Positions 29,065 through 38,368 are shown, numbered from the stretch's first letter. The stretch is 64,000 bases of DNA from Alphaproteobacteria bacterium (GCA_017616785.1 JAFZXK010000009.1:1612-65611), one strand, 5' to 3'. The notes: generated by a model not told the origin, from the letters alone. A program made the numbers and translations.

Positions 29065-30841
29065 ATGACGAATCCTTTCTAAACAATAAACAACAATCGC
29101 CGTAACTGAAAAAGCGGTATTTTTCGGCGACGGCGTGGGCGTATGCGGCTTTCATCTGCTCAAGTCCACTAAATGCCGACACCAACATAAAGAGTGTGCT
29201 TTTGGGCAAATGAAAATTCGTTAGCAGTACATCGACCGCGCGGAACTTGTAACCTGGGGTGATGAAAATATCCGTCGTTCCACAAAACGGCATGATACGT
29301 GGGGCGACACCCCGGCGGGTTTCACCCGCCACCCCTCTAGCCACCAGAGGGGAATTTTGGGCATCATCACAATACGAATTATGTTCTGTTGTAACTGTGT
29401 TGTCATATTCAGGTGCGATAAGTGAAGCGACACCCCGGCGGGTTTCACCCGCCACCCCTCTAGCCAGAGGGGAACTGAGTGTCGATGTTGCCGCCGCCAC
29501 CTCCGACAGAGGGGAATTTTTGGCATCTTCGGAATGCTTTGTTTGAAAACCAAAGCAAGTTCCCCTCTGGCTAGAGGGGTGGCACGAAGTGCCGGGGTGT
29601 CGCGATATCATATCGACAACGTTTGATACATCTTTCAAAATATCCGCGGCGGAAATATGCAATGTTGTAAGCCCCAAAGAAACCAAAAAATTTTCGCGTT
29701 TTTCGTCGTATGCACCTTTGATATCATGTGATGATTTATCGTCTATTTCAATTACCAGACCGGTTTTAGGACAGAAAAAATCAACAATATAATTACCGAT
29801 TACTGTTTGACGATTAAAATTTAATCCGTTAATTTTTTTACCGCTTATTGCACGCCACAATAACGCTTCGGGTAAACTGCCCGCTTTACGCAGGTCGCGC
29901 GCGCGTTGTTTTAGGTTTTGATTTGCTGGTAATGTTTTATAATCGACACCCCGGCGGGTTCCACCCGCCACCCCTCTGGCCAGAGGGGAACTTGCGGCGG
30001 ATTCAAGGGCGCGCAAGGATGTTGTGCCAACGGCGATTACCCGCGTGGCATTGTTGATTATGTCCGCTTGGTCGGGCGTGATACAGAACCATTCACTATG
30101 CATTTTATGTTCAGACAAATTTTCGGTCTTGACCGGCATCCAAGTTCCCGCGCCAACGTGCAAAGTTATCTTTACAATTTGTGCGCCGCGATTTTCAATT
30201 TCGTTCATCAATTCATCGGTAAAGTGCAACCCCGCCGTCGGCGCCGCCATTGACCCCAACGGATCGGCATAGACCGTTTGATAACGCGTGCTGTCGGCAA
30301 CTTCGGCTTCGCGCTTCATATACGGCGGCAGTGGCATTTTGCCCACGCGATTCAATACATCAAAAACATTATCGCAATTAAAGCACAACAACAGGCCGCT
30401 TTCGCTGTCTTTCTTTTTGACGGTTATCGTTGTTCCGTCCGTCATCGTCAATGTGTCGCCGACCTTTATTTTGTTAAATTTACGGCACAACCCCCACCAA
30501 GTTTTATCATCGACCGCGGTGTGCAATGTGATTTCGTGCGCGACACCCCGGCGGGTTTCACACGCCACCCCTCTAGCCAGAGGGGAACTTTTTATTGCGT
30601 CAAACCGCGCCGGAATAACGCGCGAATTGTTAAAGACAACAACATCACCGGGCTGCAAATAATCCAAAAAATCCCGAATATGTTTATCGGAAAGTGCGAC
30701 ACCCCGGTGGGTTTCACCCACCACCCCTCTGGCCAGAGGGGAATTTACAACCAACATGCGGGATGCGTCGCGGCGTTCCAATGGGTGCGATGCGATTAGT
30801 TCCGGCGGTAATTCAAAATCAAAATCTGATGTGTGCAGCAT
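29057..30841 (-). CDS. queA: S-adenosylmethionine:tRNA ribosyltransferase-isomerase QueA carrying in-frame palindromic-element and DUF559 insertions
   Basis: QueA blocks are present in order: FDFELPPELIASHP, FNNSRVIPAR, MPLPPY, YQTVYA, APTAGLHF, LHVGAGT, VIAVGTTS, TNFHLPKSTL, YRFFSYGD. The ORF is 594 aa, versus about 340-360 aa for typical QueA. Confidence 0.85.
   Translation of the reverse strand: MLHTSDFDFELPPELIASHPLERRDASRMLVVNSPLARGVVGETHRGVALSDKHIRDFLDYLQPGDVVVFNNSRVIPARFDAIKSSPLARGVACETRRGVAHEITLHTAVDDKTWWGLCRKFNKIKVGDTLTMTDGTTITVKKKDSESGLLLCFNCDNVFDVLNRVGKMPLPPYMKREAEVADSTRYQTVYADPLGSMAAPTAGLHFTDELMNEIENRGAQIVKITLHVGAGTWMPVKTENLSEHKMHSEWFCITPDQADIINNATRVIAVGTTSLRALESAASSPLARGVAGGTRRGVDYKTLPANQNLKQRARDLRKAGSLPEALLWRAISGKKINGLNFNRQTVIGNYIVDFFCPKTGLVIEIDDKSSHDIKGAYDEKRENFLVSLGLTTLHISAADILKDVSNVVDMISRHPGTSCHPSSQRGTCFGFQTKHSEDAKNSPLSEVAAATSTLSSPLARGVAGETRRGVASLIAPEYDNTVTTEHNSYCDDAQNSPLVARGVAGETRRGVAPRIMPFCGTTDIFITPGYKFRAVDVLLTNFHLPKSTLFMLVSAFSGLEQMKAAYAHAVAEKYRFFSYGDCCLLFRKDSSYD
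29304..29358 (+). repeat. palindromic element copy 1 (in queA)
   Basis: GCGACACCCCGGCGGGTTTCACCCGCCACCCCTCTAGCCACCAGAGGGGAATTT. Confidence 0.85.
29427..29476 (+). repeat. palindromic element copy 2
   Basis: GCGACACCCCGGCGGGTTTCACCCGCCACCCCTCTAGCCAGAGGGGAACT. Confidence 0.85.
29496..29521 (+). repeat. partial/degenerate element copy
   Basis: GCCACCTCCGACAGAGGGGAATTTTT. Only the second-hairpin half is retained. Confidence 0.6.
29558..29603 (-). repeat. palindromic element copy 3 (inverted orientation)
   Basis: AAGTTCCCCTCTGGCTAGAGGGGTGGCACGAAGTGCCGGGGTGTCGC is the reverse complement of the consensus, with a variant first hairpin. Confidence 0.85.
29943..29993 (+). repeat. palindromic element copy 4
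   Basis: TCGACACCCCGGCGGGTTCCACCCGCCACCCCTCTGGCCAGAGGGGAACTT. Confidence 0.85.
30539..30592 (+). repeat. palindromic element copy 5
   Basis: GCGCGACACCCCGGCGGGTTTCACACGCCACCCCTCTAGCCAGAGGGGAACTTT. Confidence 0.85.
30706..30746 (+). repeat. palindromic element copy 6
   Basis: GCGACACCCCGGTGGGTTTCACCCACCACCCCTCTGGCCAGAGGGGAATTT. The first hairpin carries compensatory changes. Confidence 0.85.
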
Positions 30842-31735
30842 TTATTTCTTAAACTCTAAACCTTGGTCGGTGTAGTTTTCGGCGGTATTTTCCCAATCGG
30901 GTTCAACGCGTACAAACAGGTGAAGTCGCGCATTTACGCCCCATTGATCTTGGATATCATGACGCGCCGCCGTCCCAATTTTCTTCAGTTGCGCACCGCC
31001 CCGACCGATAACAATCTTTTTATGCGCATCATTTGCAACAACAATTTTTTGATAAATATCCAAAACACCCGCGTCATCAACATCCACGCGTTCCGTTACA
31101 ACGTTTATGTGATACGGTAATTCTTGGTGAACAAATCGATAAACCTTTTCGCGCGTCAATTCCGCAAGGTATAAATTATCCGGCACATCGGTTGCGTCCG
31201 CCGCGTCAAACAAATATGGCGATTCCGGCATAACGGTTGCCATCGACGCCAGCATTTCGGCGACACCATCGTTTTTCATGGCGGAAATCATAAAGATTTC
31301 ACGAAAATCGGCCATTTCGTTTAGTTCCGCCGCGATGGGCAATAAATCGCTTTTCTTTACCGCGTCCGTTTTATTTAACGCAACAAACAGGTTTTTATGT
31401 TCACGAATTTTTTCAACTATCCCGCGTACCGTATCGGTAATTCCATGTGTTGCGTCAATAATCAGCAAAACCGCGTCCGCGTCGACAAGTGCCGTCATCG
31501 CCGCGGAAACCATTGCGCGGTCAAGCCGACGCGCCGCGCGAAAAATTCCCGGTGTATCAACGAATATCAACTGACGCGCGCCAACCATTTTTATCGCACG
31601 CAGGTTCGTTCGCGTGGTTTGAACCTTATGCGAAACGATTGATACCTTGCGCCCCATGATTTGATTCAACAGGGTGCTTTTGCCGGCATTTGTTGGCCCA
31701 ACAATGGCGATAAAACCAGAATATGTCTTGCTCAT
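30842..31735 (-). CDS. era: GTPase Era
   Basis: SGFIAIVGPTNAGKSTLLN (G1), DTPG (G3), NKTD (G4), and a C-terminal KH domain. The start at 31735 (MSKTYSGF) is preferred over 31756. Confidence 0.95.
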   Translation of the reverse strand: MSKTYSGFIAIVGPTNAGKSTLLNQIMGRKVSIVSHKVQTTRTNLRAIKMVGARQLIFVDTPGIFRAARRLDRAMVSAAMTALVDADAVLLIIDATHGITDTVRGIVEKIREHKNLFVALNKTDAVKKSDLLPIAAELNEMADFREIFMISAMKNDGVAEMLASMATVMPESPYLFDAADATDVPDNLYLAELTREKVYRFVHQELPYHINVVTERVDVDDAGVLDIYQKIVVANDAHKKIVIGRGGAQLKKIGTAARHDIQDQWGVNARLHLFVRVEPDWENTAENYTDQGLEFKK

Positions 31736-31820
31736 ACCACTAACCATAGCACACATATTTCAAAAGTGAATAAAAAAATCCCCATCTTGCGACGGGGATT
31801 CGGAGGTACACACAAACTTT

Positions 31821-32717
31821 TTAGATGCTGTCGGCATTTATCCAGCGGCCATTCTTTAACAGACCCGGCGCCATACCTTCGCTGTTACGCAACGCATCAA
31901 TCACACGACGCGCACCCGCGGCATCAAGATTCACTATACGAACCTTGTACATATCGCCTTCTTTGACGACAATTGCATCGCCATAGTTGCGCATTTTTTG
32001 CAATAATGTATTCGCACTGTCTTCGGCATAGAAAGCCGCAACTTGGACACTGTAATCGCCAGACGCAACCGGTGCCGGTGTCACAGTTGCCGTTTCCACG
32101 GTTGTTTCCTGTTTCGCGACCGGTTCTTGGACCACCGTCGCCCCCGCGGTTTTGCCAACCGTTGCGGTTTTTACCAGCATTGTTTGTTCCGGCATAACCT
32201 GAACCTGGACCTTGGATTGGTTGGTTATACCAAGTTTTTCCGCCGCCGCCGCAGACAGATCCATAATACGCGTGTTCACGAATGGCCCACGATTGTTTAT
32301 ACGAACAACAACCGATTCACCATTTTCTAAATTTGTAACCTTGGCAATAGTGGGAAGCGGCAAAGTTTTACTTGTCGCCAACATTTGGTTCATGTTGTAT
32401 GTTTCACCGTTGCTTGTTTTCGTGCCGTTCAATTCAGTTGGAATTATGCCGGCCATGCCAACCTGGTTATAAGTAAAATCTTCGGCCGGAATGTATTGAA
32501 TATCTTCGACCTTGTACGCATTACCAACATAGTAGCGCGGTGCCGCCGCAAGCAAATAAGAATTATCTGTTTCCGGTGCCGTCGTGGTTTTTGTTTCTGT
32601 TGTTAATGTTTCTTCGCCGATGCCATCAGAACCGTAATCTGTTCCACTTGTTTGGGACAAATCCGCACACCCCGCGACCAGTGCAGTTAAAACCGCCAAA
32701 GATACCAATTTCTTCAT
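31821..32717 (-). CDS. rlpA: septal ring lytic transglycosylase RlpA family lipoprotein (DPBB + SPOR)
   Basis: Lipobox LVAGC. DPBB block ATSKTLPLPTIAKVTNLENGESVVVRINNRGPF. C-terminal SPOR-like YSVQVAAF... Confidence 0.85.
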   Translation of the reverse strand: MKKLVSLAVLTALVAGCADLSQTSGTDYGSDGIGEETLTTETKTTTAPETDNSYLLAAAPRYYVGNAYKVEDIQYIPAEDFTYNQVGMAGIIPTELNGTKTSNGETYNMNQMLATSKTLPLPTIAKVTNLENGESVVVRINNRGPFVNTRIMDLSAAAAEKLGITNQSKVQVQVMPEQTMLVKTATVGKTAGATVVQEPVAKQETTVETATVTPAPVASGDYSVQVAAFYAEDSANTLLQKMRNYGDAIVVKEGDMYKVRIVNLDAAGARRVIDALRNSEGMAPGLLKNGRWINADSI

Positions 32718-32791
32718 TGATTACTCCTTACATTTTACATTCTTTATGACGGTATTATACCATATAAAAAAGGTGGTTTCAACTTTTTATT

Positions 32792-34276
32792 TTATATTTT
32801 ACGATTTATCAAAAATGCGATTGGCATATAGACAATTCCATAGGCCGCGATTGCAATAAACAATGCAAAAATACTGTGTATCGGCACAAACCATAATCCA
32901 AATCCCAATGCGCCCGCAAGCAGTCCAAACACGCAAATTGCACGAACCGTTCGACCATCAATCTTGCTAAGCCCGCGGCGACGACATGCGCGCGCAAGCA
33001 GGTAATTTTTCACATAACCACTGACCACCACGCCGATTGGTATCGCCAAATAACCCACAAACCAAAACAGTCCCAAATATATCGCCGACGCAATGCCAAG
33101 CGATACAATACTTGTCTTGACCGGTGTTTTGACATCTTGGGACGCATAGAGGGTTTTACTGAAAATCTGGCTGACCAGCATGGCAGGCAAAACAAAAACC
33201 TGAATCATTATTGCGACCGCGACCGCGTGTGTGGAATGCGACGTCCATGCGCCGTATTCAAACAAGTATTTAATTATCGGTTCCGCCAAAACAAACAACC
33301 CCGCAACGCATGGCATAATAAGCATCATTGATTGGCGCATCGAAGAATTCTGTTGAATATGAACACTGCGCATATTTTTTTCGGCCAACGCATTTGATAT
33401 TGACGACATTAAAACCGTTCCAACCGCAAGGCCAATCATTGCGAACGGCAATTGAACAATTCTATCGGAATAATACAGCCATGACACCGCGCCACTTTCA
33501 AAACTTGCCACCAAAGTTCCAATGATAATCGTTATCTGATAAAATCCATTGCCAATAATACTGACACCGAAACGTTTGAACATTGTCTTTATTGCCGGTG
33601 TCCATCGTGGAATTACAAGGCGCAAACCAAAATGTTTTCGCCGTATTCGCGACATTAGGACCAAGCACTGAATTATCCCGGACAAAACGACCGTTCCCGC
33701 CATTATGTATAGAACGGTATCCGATGCGCCAATGTACATCGAAAACAATAGTGCGCCAATCAACATAATGTTTAATAAAACCGGCATAAACGCCGCAAGC
33801 ATAAATTGCGAAAAAGCGTTCAATACCGCGCTTAAAAACGCCGCCGCGCAAATGAATATTACATAGAAAAACATTATGCGCGATATGACGACCGTCAATT
33901 CCATCTTGCCCGGCACATCTGCAAACCCAGGTGCCAAAATCCACACAACCAATGGCATAAAGATTTCAAAAACCACGGTTATGCCAAGCAGCACGACCAT
34001 CAACCAAGAAAAAACATTTTTTGCAAATGGTTCATCGTGCTTTGAATCCGCATACATTGGAATAAAAATTGCGGAAAGCGCGCCTTCGCCCAATAAATCA
34101 CGAAATAAATTCGGCAACTTGAACGCGGCAAGAAAAATATCGGACAACCGCCCCGCCCCCAAAACACGCGCAATCAGCATATCGCGAACGAATCCGAATA
34201 TGCGACTTATTCCCGTCATAAGACCAACGCCGAAAATATGTTTGCCAAGTTTCATAGTTTGGATTATACTAAACAC
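32792..34276 (-). CDS. murJ: lipid II flippase MurJ
   Basis: SRIFGFVRDMLIARVLGAG..SDIFLAAFKLPNLFR and a polytopic membrane profile. The true start may be an internal Met. Confidence 0.9.
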   Translation of the reverse strand: MFSIIQTMKLGKHIFGVGLMTGISRIFGFVRDMLIARVLGAGRLSDIFLAAFKLPNLFRDLLGEGALSAIFIPMYADSKHDEPFAKNVFSWLMVVLLGITVVFEIFMPLVVWILAPGFADVPGKMELTVVISRIMFFYVIFICAAAFLSAVLNAFSQFMLAAFMPVLLNIMLIGALLFSMYIGASDTVLYIMAGTVVLSGIIQCLVLMSRIRRKHFGLRLVIPRWTPAIKTMFKRFGVSIIGNGFYQITIIIGTLVASFESGAVSWLYYSDRIVQLPFAMIGLAVGTVLMSSISNALAEKNMRSVHIQQNSSMRQSMMLIMPCVAGLFVLAEPIIKYLFEYGAWTSHSTHAVAVAIMIQVFVLPAMLVSQIFSKTLYASQDVKTPVKTSIVSLGIASAIYLGLFWFVGYLAIPIGVVVSGYVKNYLLARACRRRGLSKIDGRTVRAICVFGLLAGALGFGLWFVPIHSIFALFIAIAAYGIVYMPIAFLINRKI

Positions 34277-34309
34277 GAATAACCAAAATCAAGACAGGAA
34301 TAAACAGAA

Positions 34310-35041
34310 ATGAGAAAATTATTTTTACCGCTTTTATTGGGCGCAATTGTTGCCGGGTGCAGTGGTGATGCCGATAAAATTATTACAAATAAATCGCTTG
34401 CCGAATTGTATGACGACGCATACGGCGAATTTGAAAAAAAAGATTATGACGATGCCGCCGAAAAATTTATGGTGGTGGAAACCCAATACCCGGCAAGTCC
34501 GTGGTCGGCGGACGCGTTGATTATGGCGGCATATTCGCAATACTTGGACGACGATTTTGCCGGTGCAATTCTTACCGCCGACCGGTTTATGCGGTTTCAC
34601 CCGGGGCATAAGGATGTTCCGTATGTGCTTTACCTGCGCGGGATGTGCTATTATCGCCAGGTAAGCGATGTTCGCCGAGAACCAGGTATGTCGGTGTATG
34701 CCCTGCAACAATTTCAGCAAATTGTTGACCGTTTTCCGCGTTCGCCCTATGCCGAAAACGCAAAAAATAAAATCAATATCCTAAAAAACTATATCGCGGG
34801 CAAGGTTATGTATTCCGCACGCAACGATATGCACAAAGAAAATTGGGCAAGTGCGATTACAAAATTTCAATCGGTTATTACCGATGCGCCGGAAACCGTT
34901 ATGCCCGAAGAAGCAATGTATCGTTTGACCGAGGCATATACCGCAATCGGCCTGACCGAGCAAGCCGATGGTTACGCCGAAATGTTGAAATTGAATTTTC
35001 CGGATGGCCGGTGGGCGAAAAAGTTAAAGGATAAAGAGTAA
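34310..35041 (+). CDS. bamD: outer membrane protein assembly factor BamD
   Basis: Lipobox IVAGC, TPR-like repeats, and FPxSPYA motifs typical of BamD/YfiO. Confidence 0.85.
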   Translation: MRKLFLPLLLGAIVAGCSGDADKIITNKSLAELYDDAYGEFEKKDYDDAAEKFMVVETQYPASPWSADALIMAAYSQYLDDDFAGAILTADRFMRFHPGHKDVPYVLYLRGMCYYRQVSDVRREPGMSVYALQQFQQIVDRFPRSPYAENAKNKINILKNYIAGKVMYSARNDMHKENWASAITKFQSVITDAPETVMPEEAMYRLTEAYTAIGLTEQADGYAEMLKLNFPDGRWAKKLKDKE

Positions 35042-35042
35042 T

Positions 35043-35414
35043 ATGCGAAACCTTACTGACCGAGATATTTCTGATATGATTGGCGCAGATTTTTCACCAG
35101 ACAATGATGATGTGCGCCGGCGTGTGCGAACCGAATTGCACCTGTCAACGCGGATACCAAAACCGATAAATGTGCCGGAAAGTGCGACACTTGATTTGCA
35201 TATGAAAACAATCGAACAATCGTGGAATGAAATTATGGAACTTGCAACATCGGGCGTGAAAAACGCAAAAATCATCACGGGCGCAAGTGGAATATTGCGT
35301 ATCAAATTCCAAGAATGGGTACGCGACAGTTTGCTTTCGCCATACATCGTGTCATGCACGCCAATAAATAACGGAAGTTTTGCGGTCAAATTCCGCAGGT
35401 TAAATAATGACTAG
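35043..35414 (+). CDS. Smr domain protein
   Basis: LDLHM...A...IITGASG... resembles the Smr LDLHG/IIHGKG pattern. It starts 2 nt after bamD. Confidence 0.65.
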   Translation: MRNLTDRDISDMIGADFSPDNDDVRRRVRTELHLSTRIPKPINVPESATLDLHMKTIEQSWNEIMELATSGVKNAKIITGASGILRIKFQEWVRDSLLSPYIVSCTPINNGSFAVKFRRLNND

Positions 35415-36286
35415 TGACACATTTTGTGCCCGGGTTCGATAAAATTTTTAGGATTTACAGAGTAACCGTTTTTCTTTACTGCATAATGCAGGTGTGGCCC
35501 GGTGGTTGCGCCGGTATTTCCGGTTTTACCGATAAGACAACCGGCGGAAACTTGTTGGCCCCGGCTTACGGAAACCTGATTCAGGTGACAATAGTTTGTT
35601 GAATATCCGTTCGCGTGACTGATGCTAAGTCCGCGACCGCAGCGCGTTCCACCCGTATAAATCGCCGTTACCGTTCCCGCCGCGGGCGCATAAATCGGCG
35701 TTCCGATTGCCGCACGCAGGTCAATCGCGTAATGCACCCCTGTGCGACCATTTATGTTACGCCGAATTCCATAGCCCGATGTTATACACGATATGAACCC
35801 AAGTGGACTGCGATACGGAATTGCGTGATTTTCAAATGAGCTATTGCGCACCGCGCATTCGGCGTTCGCGACAAAGTCGCCACCCTGTATTGAATTGTCA
35901 TCCGGGAAAGGAATTTCCCAATCGTCTTCGTCATAGTATTCTTCGTCATCGTCCACGTATTCCGGTGCGGTAATTGTGCCGTCATCGTTTTCGGTATAAT
36001 TGTAATTCTCAACTAAGTCCTTTTTGACCATCGCATTTATGCGTTCCATCGCCGAAAGTTCATCTTCCAGATTCATTTGAACATACGAACACCCGGAAAT
36101 GCACTTTCCGTTTTCATCATATTCGCTTTCATATGGTTCATATCCGGCGGCATTTAGTGCCATACGGTCAACAAAAGAAAGGTCGGCCGCAACCTTTGGA
36201 AAGGTTACCGGTTCCAAAAATCCCGCGTAAAGCGCGGACGAAAACAAGCCCGAGATTATAAAAGAGCAGAATATTTTTCCCTTCAT
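35411..36286 (-). CDS. M23 family metallopeptidase
   Basis: HYAIDLRAAIGTPIYAPAAGTV ... GNTGATTGPHLHYAV; signal peptide. Confidence 0.85.
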   Translation of the reverse strand: MKGKIFCSFIISGLFSSALYAGFLEPVTFPKVAADLSFVDRMALNAAGYEPYESEYDENGKCISGCSYVQMNLEDELSAMERINAMVKKDLVENYNYTENDDGTITAPEYVDDDEEYYDEDDWEIPFPDDNSIQGGDFVANAECAVRNSSFENHAIPYRSPLGFISCITSGYGIRRNINGRTGVHYAIDLRAAIGTPIYAPAAGTVTAIYTGGTRCGRGLSISHANGYSTNYCHLNQVSVSRGQQVSAGCLIGKTGNTGATTGPHLHYAVKKNGYSVNPKNFIEPGHKMCH

Positions 36287-36364
36287 TGTATTAACATTTT
36301 ATCACATTTGCGGGGAAAAATAAATCTGTTGAATCCAATAATTTTTTTTAATAGCATTTTTATT

Positions 36365-37300
36365 ATGAAAAAAGTCAAAACTGTTTATGACCATATACGC
36401 GCGAATAATATCAAGACCGCGATTTTGGTTGTTTTGTTTCCGATCATATTTATCGCACTGGTTTTCCTTGGTGTTTGGTGCGTGCAACCATTAAATGACG
36501 CGATAAACACGACAACGATGGTCGCGATTCCGACAATTGTTGCGTGTGTTATTTGGATGCTGGTATCGTGGGCGTTTGGTGATTCAATGATGCTGAATAT
36601 GGCGGGCGCGAAACAGATAAATGACACCGACCCCGATTATCGCTATGTTTATAAATCGGTCGAAAATATTGCGTTGGCCGCCGGATTGCCCACACCGCGG
36701 GTTTATGTTATCGAAGATACTGGACTCAACGCATTTGCAACTGGGCGCGGCCCGCGCGACGCAACGGTTGCATTGACGCGCGGAATTATACAGAAATTGG
36801 ATAGGTTAGAACTGGAGGGTGTAATCGCGCACGAAATGTCGCACATTGGAAATCGTGATATACGGCTTAGTATGTTTATTATTACGGGCATCGGTGTTAC
36901 GGTCTTTATTGCGGATATGTTGGCACGCAATATGATGTATGTGCGTTCCGACGATAGTGAAAAGAATAATGGCGCGGCGGTTATAATGATGGTGTGGTTG
37001 GCGTTCACTATTTTCAATTTCGCAATTTCGCCAATTTTGCGTATGGCAATTTCACGCCGTCGTGAGTATGCGGCGGACGCGTGCGGTGCACAAATAACAC
37101 GAAACCCGCGGGCGTTGGCGGATGCACTGCGCAAGATTTCGGAAAATTCGGTTATAAAGAAACTGGACGGACAAAAGACGATTGCAACAATATGTATAGC
37201 AAACCCAATGCGGGCGCGCGCATTTATGTCCGAAATTTTTGCAACCCACCCGCCGATTAAAGAACGCATCCGGCGGTTGGAAGAAATGCAATCTTTTTAA
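36365..37300 (+). CDS. htpX: protease HtpX (M48)
   Basis: HEMSHIGNRD zinc motif, four TM segments, and C-terminal ATHPPIKERI. Confidence 0.9.
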   Translation: MKKVKTVYDHIRANNIKTAILVVLFPIIFIALVFLGVWCVQPLNDAINTTTMVAIPTIVACVIWMLVSWAFGDSMMLNMAGAKQINDTDPDYRYVYKSVENIALAAGLPTPRVYVIEDTGLNAFATGRGPRDATVALTRGIIQKLDRLELEGVIAHEMSHIGNRDIRLSMFIITGIGVTVFIADMLARNMMYVRSDDSEKNNGAAVIMMVWLAFTIFNFAISPILRMAISRRREYAADACGAQITRNPRALADALRKISENSVIKKLDGQKTIATICIANPMRARAFMSEIFATHPPIKERIRRLEEMQSF

Positions 37301-37307
37301 TATTCTT

Positions 37308-38333
37308 CTATTGTTGTTCTTGGGGAATGTAGACATTTATTGCAGGTCCAGCGGTAAATTCACCGGTACCGATGTTAAGTTTAAATGTGTCACTAACTGT
37401 ATCATACATACCAACACTGTTTCCGGACTTTGCTGGCACACCGTTAAAGACAAGCACGTTATCTAAATAAATTTGAAATTTATAAACCTTCATTTTTGCA
37501 GGAGAGTAGTCAGCAGTATATCCAGTAAATAACATTATGTTTTTGTCTCGTCCTATATCATCTTCCATATACGTGTAGGGTGCTTCATAAACACCTTCAT
37601 CAAAAAGCAAACTAATGTTTGCATCCGATGGTGTTAGACCAGCATCAAACGTCACCACATGTCGATTTGTGTCAAAAGGGATTCTTATCTGGCTACTTGA
37701 CGAAACTGTTCCGCCCATAGAAATCCTAAATTGATTTGAATATAACCATATGGTTCCAGTTCGTCTGCCGCCCATTCCACCCCAAAGTCCAGAGACGGTG
37801 TAATCTTTCATTTTAAAATCAGCAATATATCTTACATGTTCACTTGTTCTGTATTTTATACCCGTATTAATATATTGTGTACCCGTGGATTCAATATATT
37901 CCAACTGTGTGTATCCCGCGGGCAAAATGCTATACGCACTTTGGTCGACGATGGTCCAAAGGGTGCAATCTTGATTCGCACATTCCAATTTTGTTGTGTC
38001 CGTCGTTGGTAAATTTGTAAATGTGGCGTTTAAGGCCGATGCAGTTATAAGTTTATCACCATCTGTGTTGGGGTTATAACTACTCGCATCACTATATAAC
38101 CCGCGTTCACCAATTTCACCATTACCATTCACGGTATACGTCATTACTGTTTCACCCGAACCACCGTTTGTTTGACCCGCCGCGGGTATCTTTACCTGTT
38201 TTGTTGCAACCGCTGTGTCAACATATGCCTTGGATGATGCGGTTTTAAGGTCCTCTGCCGTTGGTTCCGCAACCGCACCAAAAATCGTCATTACCGTGCC
38301 CAATATCGATGTTAGCAATACCCTTTTAAACAT
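37308..38333 (-). CDS. secreted modular protein B2 (paralog of A2)
   Basis: Same signal peptide and N-module as A2. YTQLEYIESTGTQYINTG. Divergent C-terminal domain ending GMYDTVSDTF...FTAGPAI. Confidence 0.7.
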   Translation of the reverse strand: MFKRVLLTSILGTVMTIFGAVAEPTAEDLKTASSKAYVDTAVATKQVKIPAAGQTNGGSGETVMTYTVNGNGEIGERGLYSDASSYNPNTDGDKLITASALNATFTNLPTTDTTKLECANQDCTLWTIVDQSAYSILPAGYTQLEYIESTGTQYINTGIKYRTSEHVRYIADFKMKDYTVSGLWGGMGGRRTGTIWLYSNQFRISMGGTVSSSSQIRIPFDTNRHVVTFDAGLTPSDANISLLFDEGVYEAPYTYMEDDIGRDKNIMLFTGYTADYSPAKMKVYKFQIYLDNVLVFNGVPAKSGNSVGMYDTVSDTFKLNIGTGEFTAGPAINVYIPQEQQ

Positions 38334-38368
38334 GCTACCTTTCCCCCCGTTTCCGTTACTTTGAAATC

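Larger units (their letters stand above)
29558..29993 (-). mobile_element. candidate IR-flanked DUF559 nuclease cassette inserted in frame in queA
   Basis: Inverted element copies 3 and 4 bracket 339 nt (29604-29942) encoding LPEALLWRAISGKKINGLNFNRQTVIGNYIVDFFCPKTGLVIEIDDKSSH...REN.L...G, which is DUF559/Vsr-like. Confidence 0.5.

Noticed and set aside
29304-30746. The regularly recurring ~50-bp repeats could suggest a CRISPR array.
   Set aside because: The spacing is highly irregular (from about 20 nt to more than 500 nt) and one copy is inverted. The repeats are internally palindromic double hairpins, and every copy lies inside the intact queA reading frame. No cas genes are present in the window.
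30278-30799. A 173-aa plus-strand ORF, with a 124-aa neighbour, containing HPSSQRG motifs.
   Set aside because: It lies antisense to queA. The motifs are simply the opposite-strand translation of the palindromic element.
33185-33200. An isolated hix-like half-site (ACAAAAACC) in murJ, with another near 54396 in lolD.
   Set aside because: Only one half-site is present, with no GGTTT partner across a 2-bp core, and both lie inside conserved coding sequence. Such matches are expected by chance in an A-rich genome.
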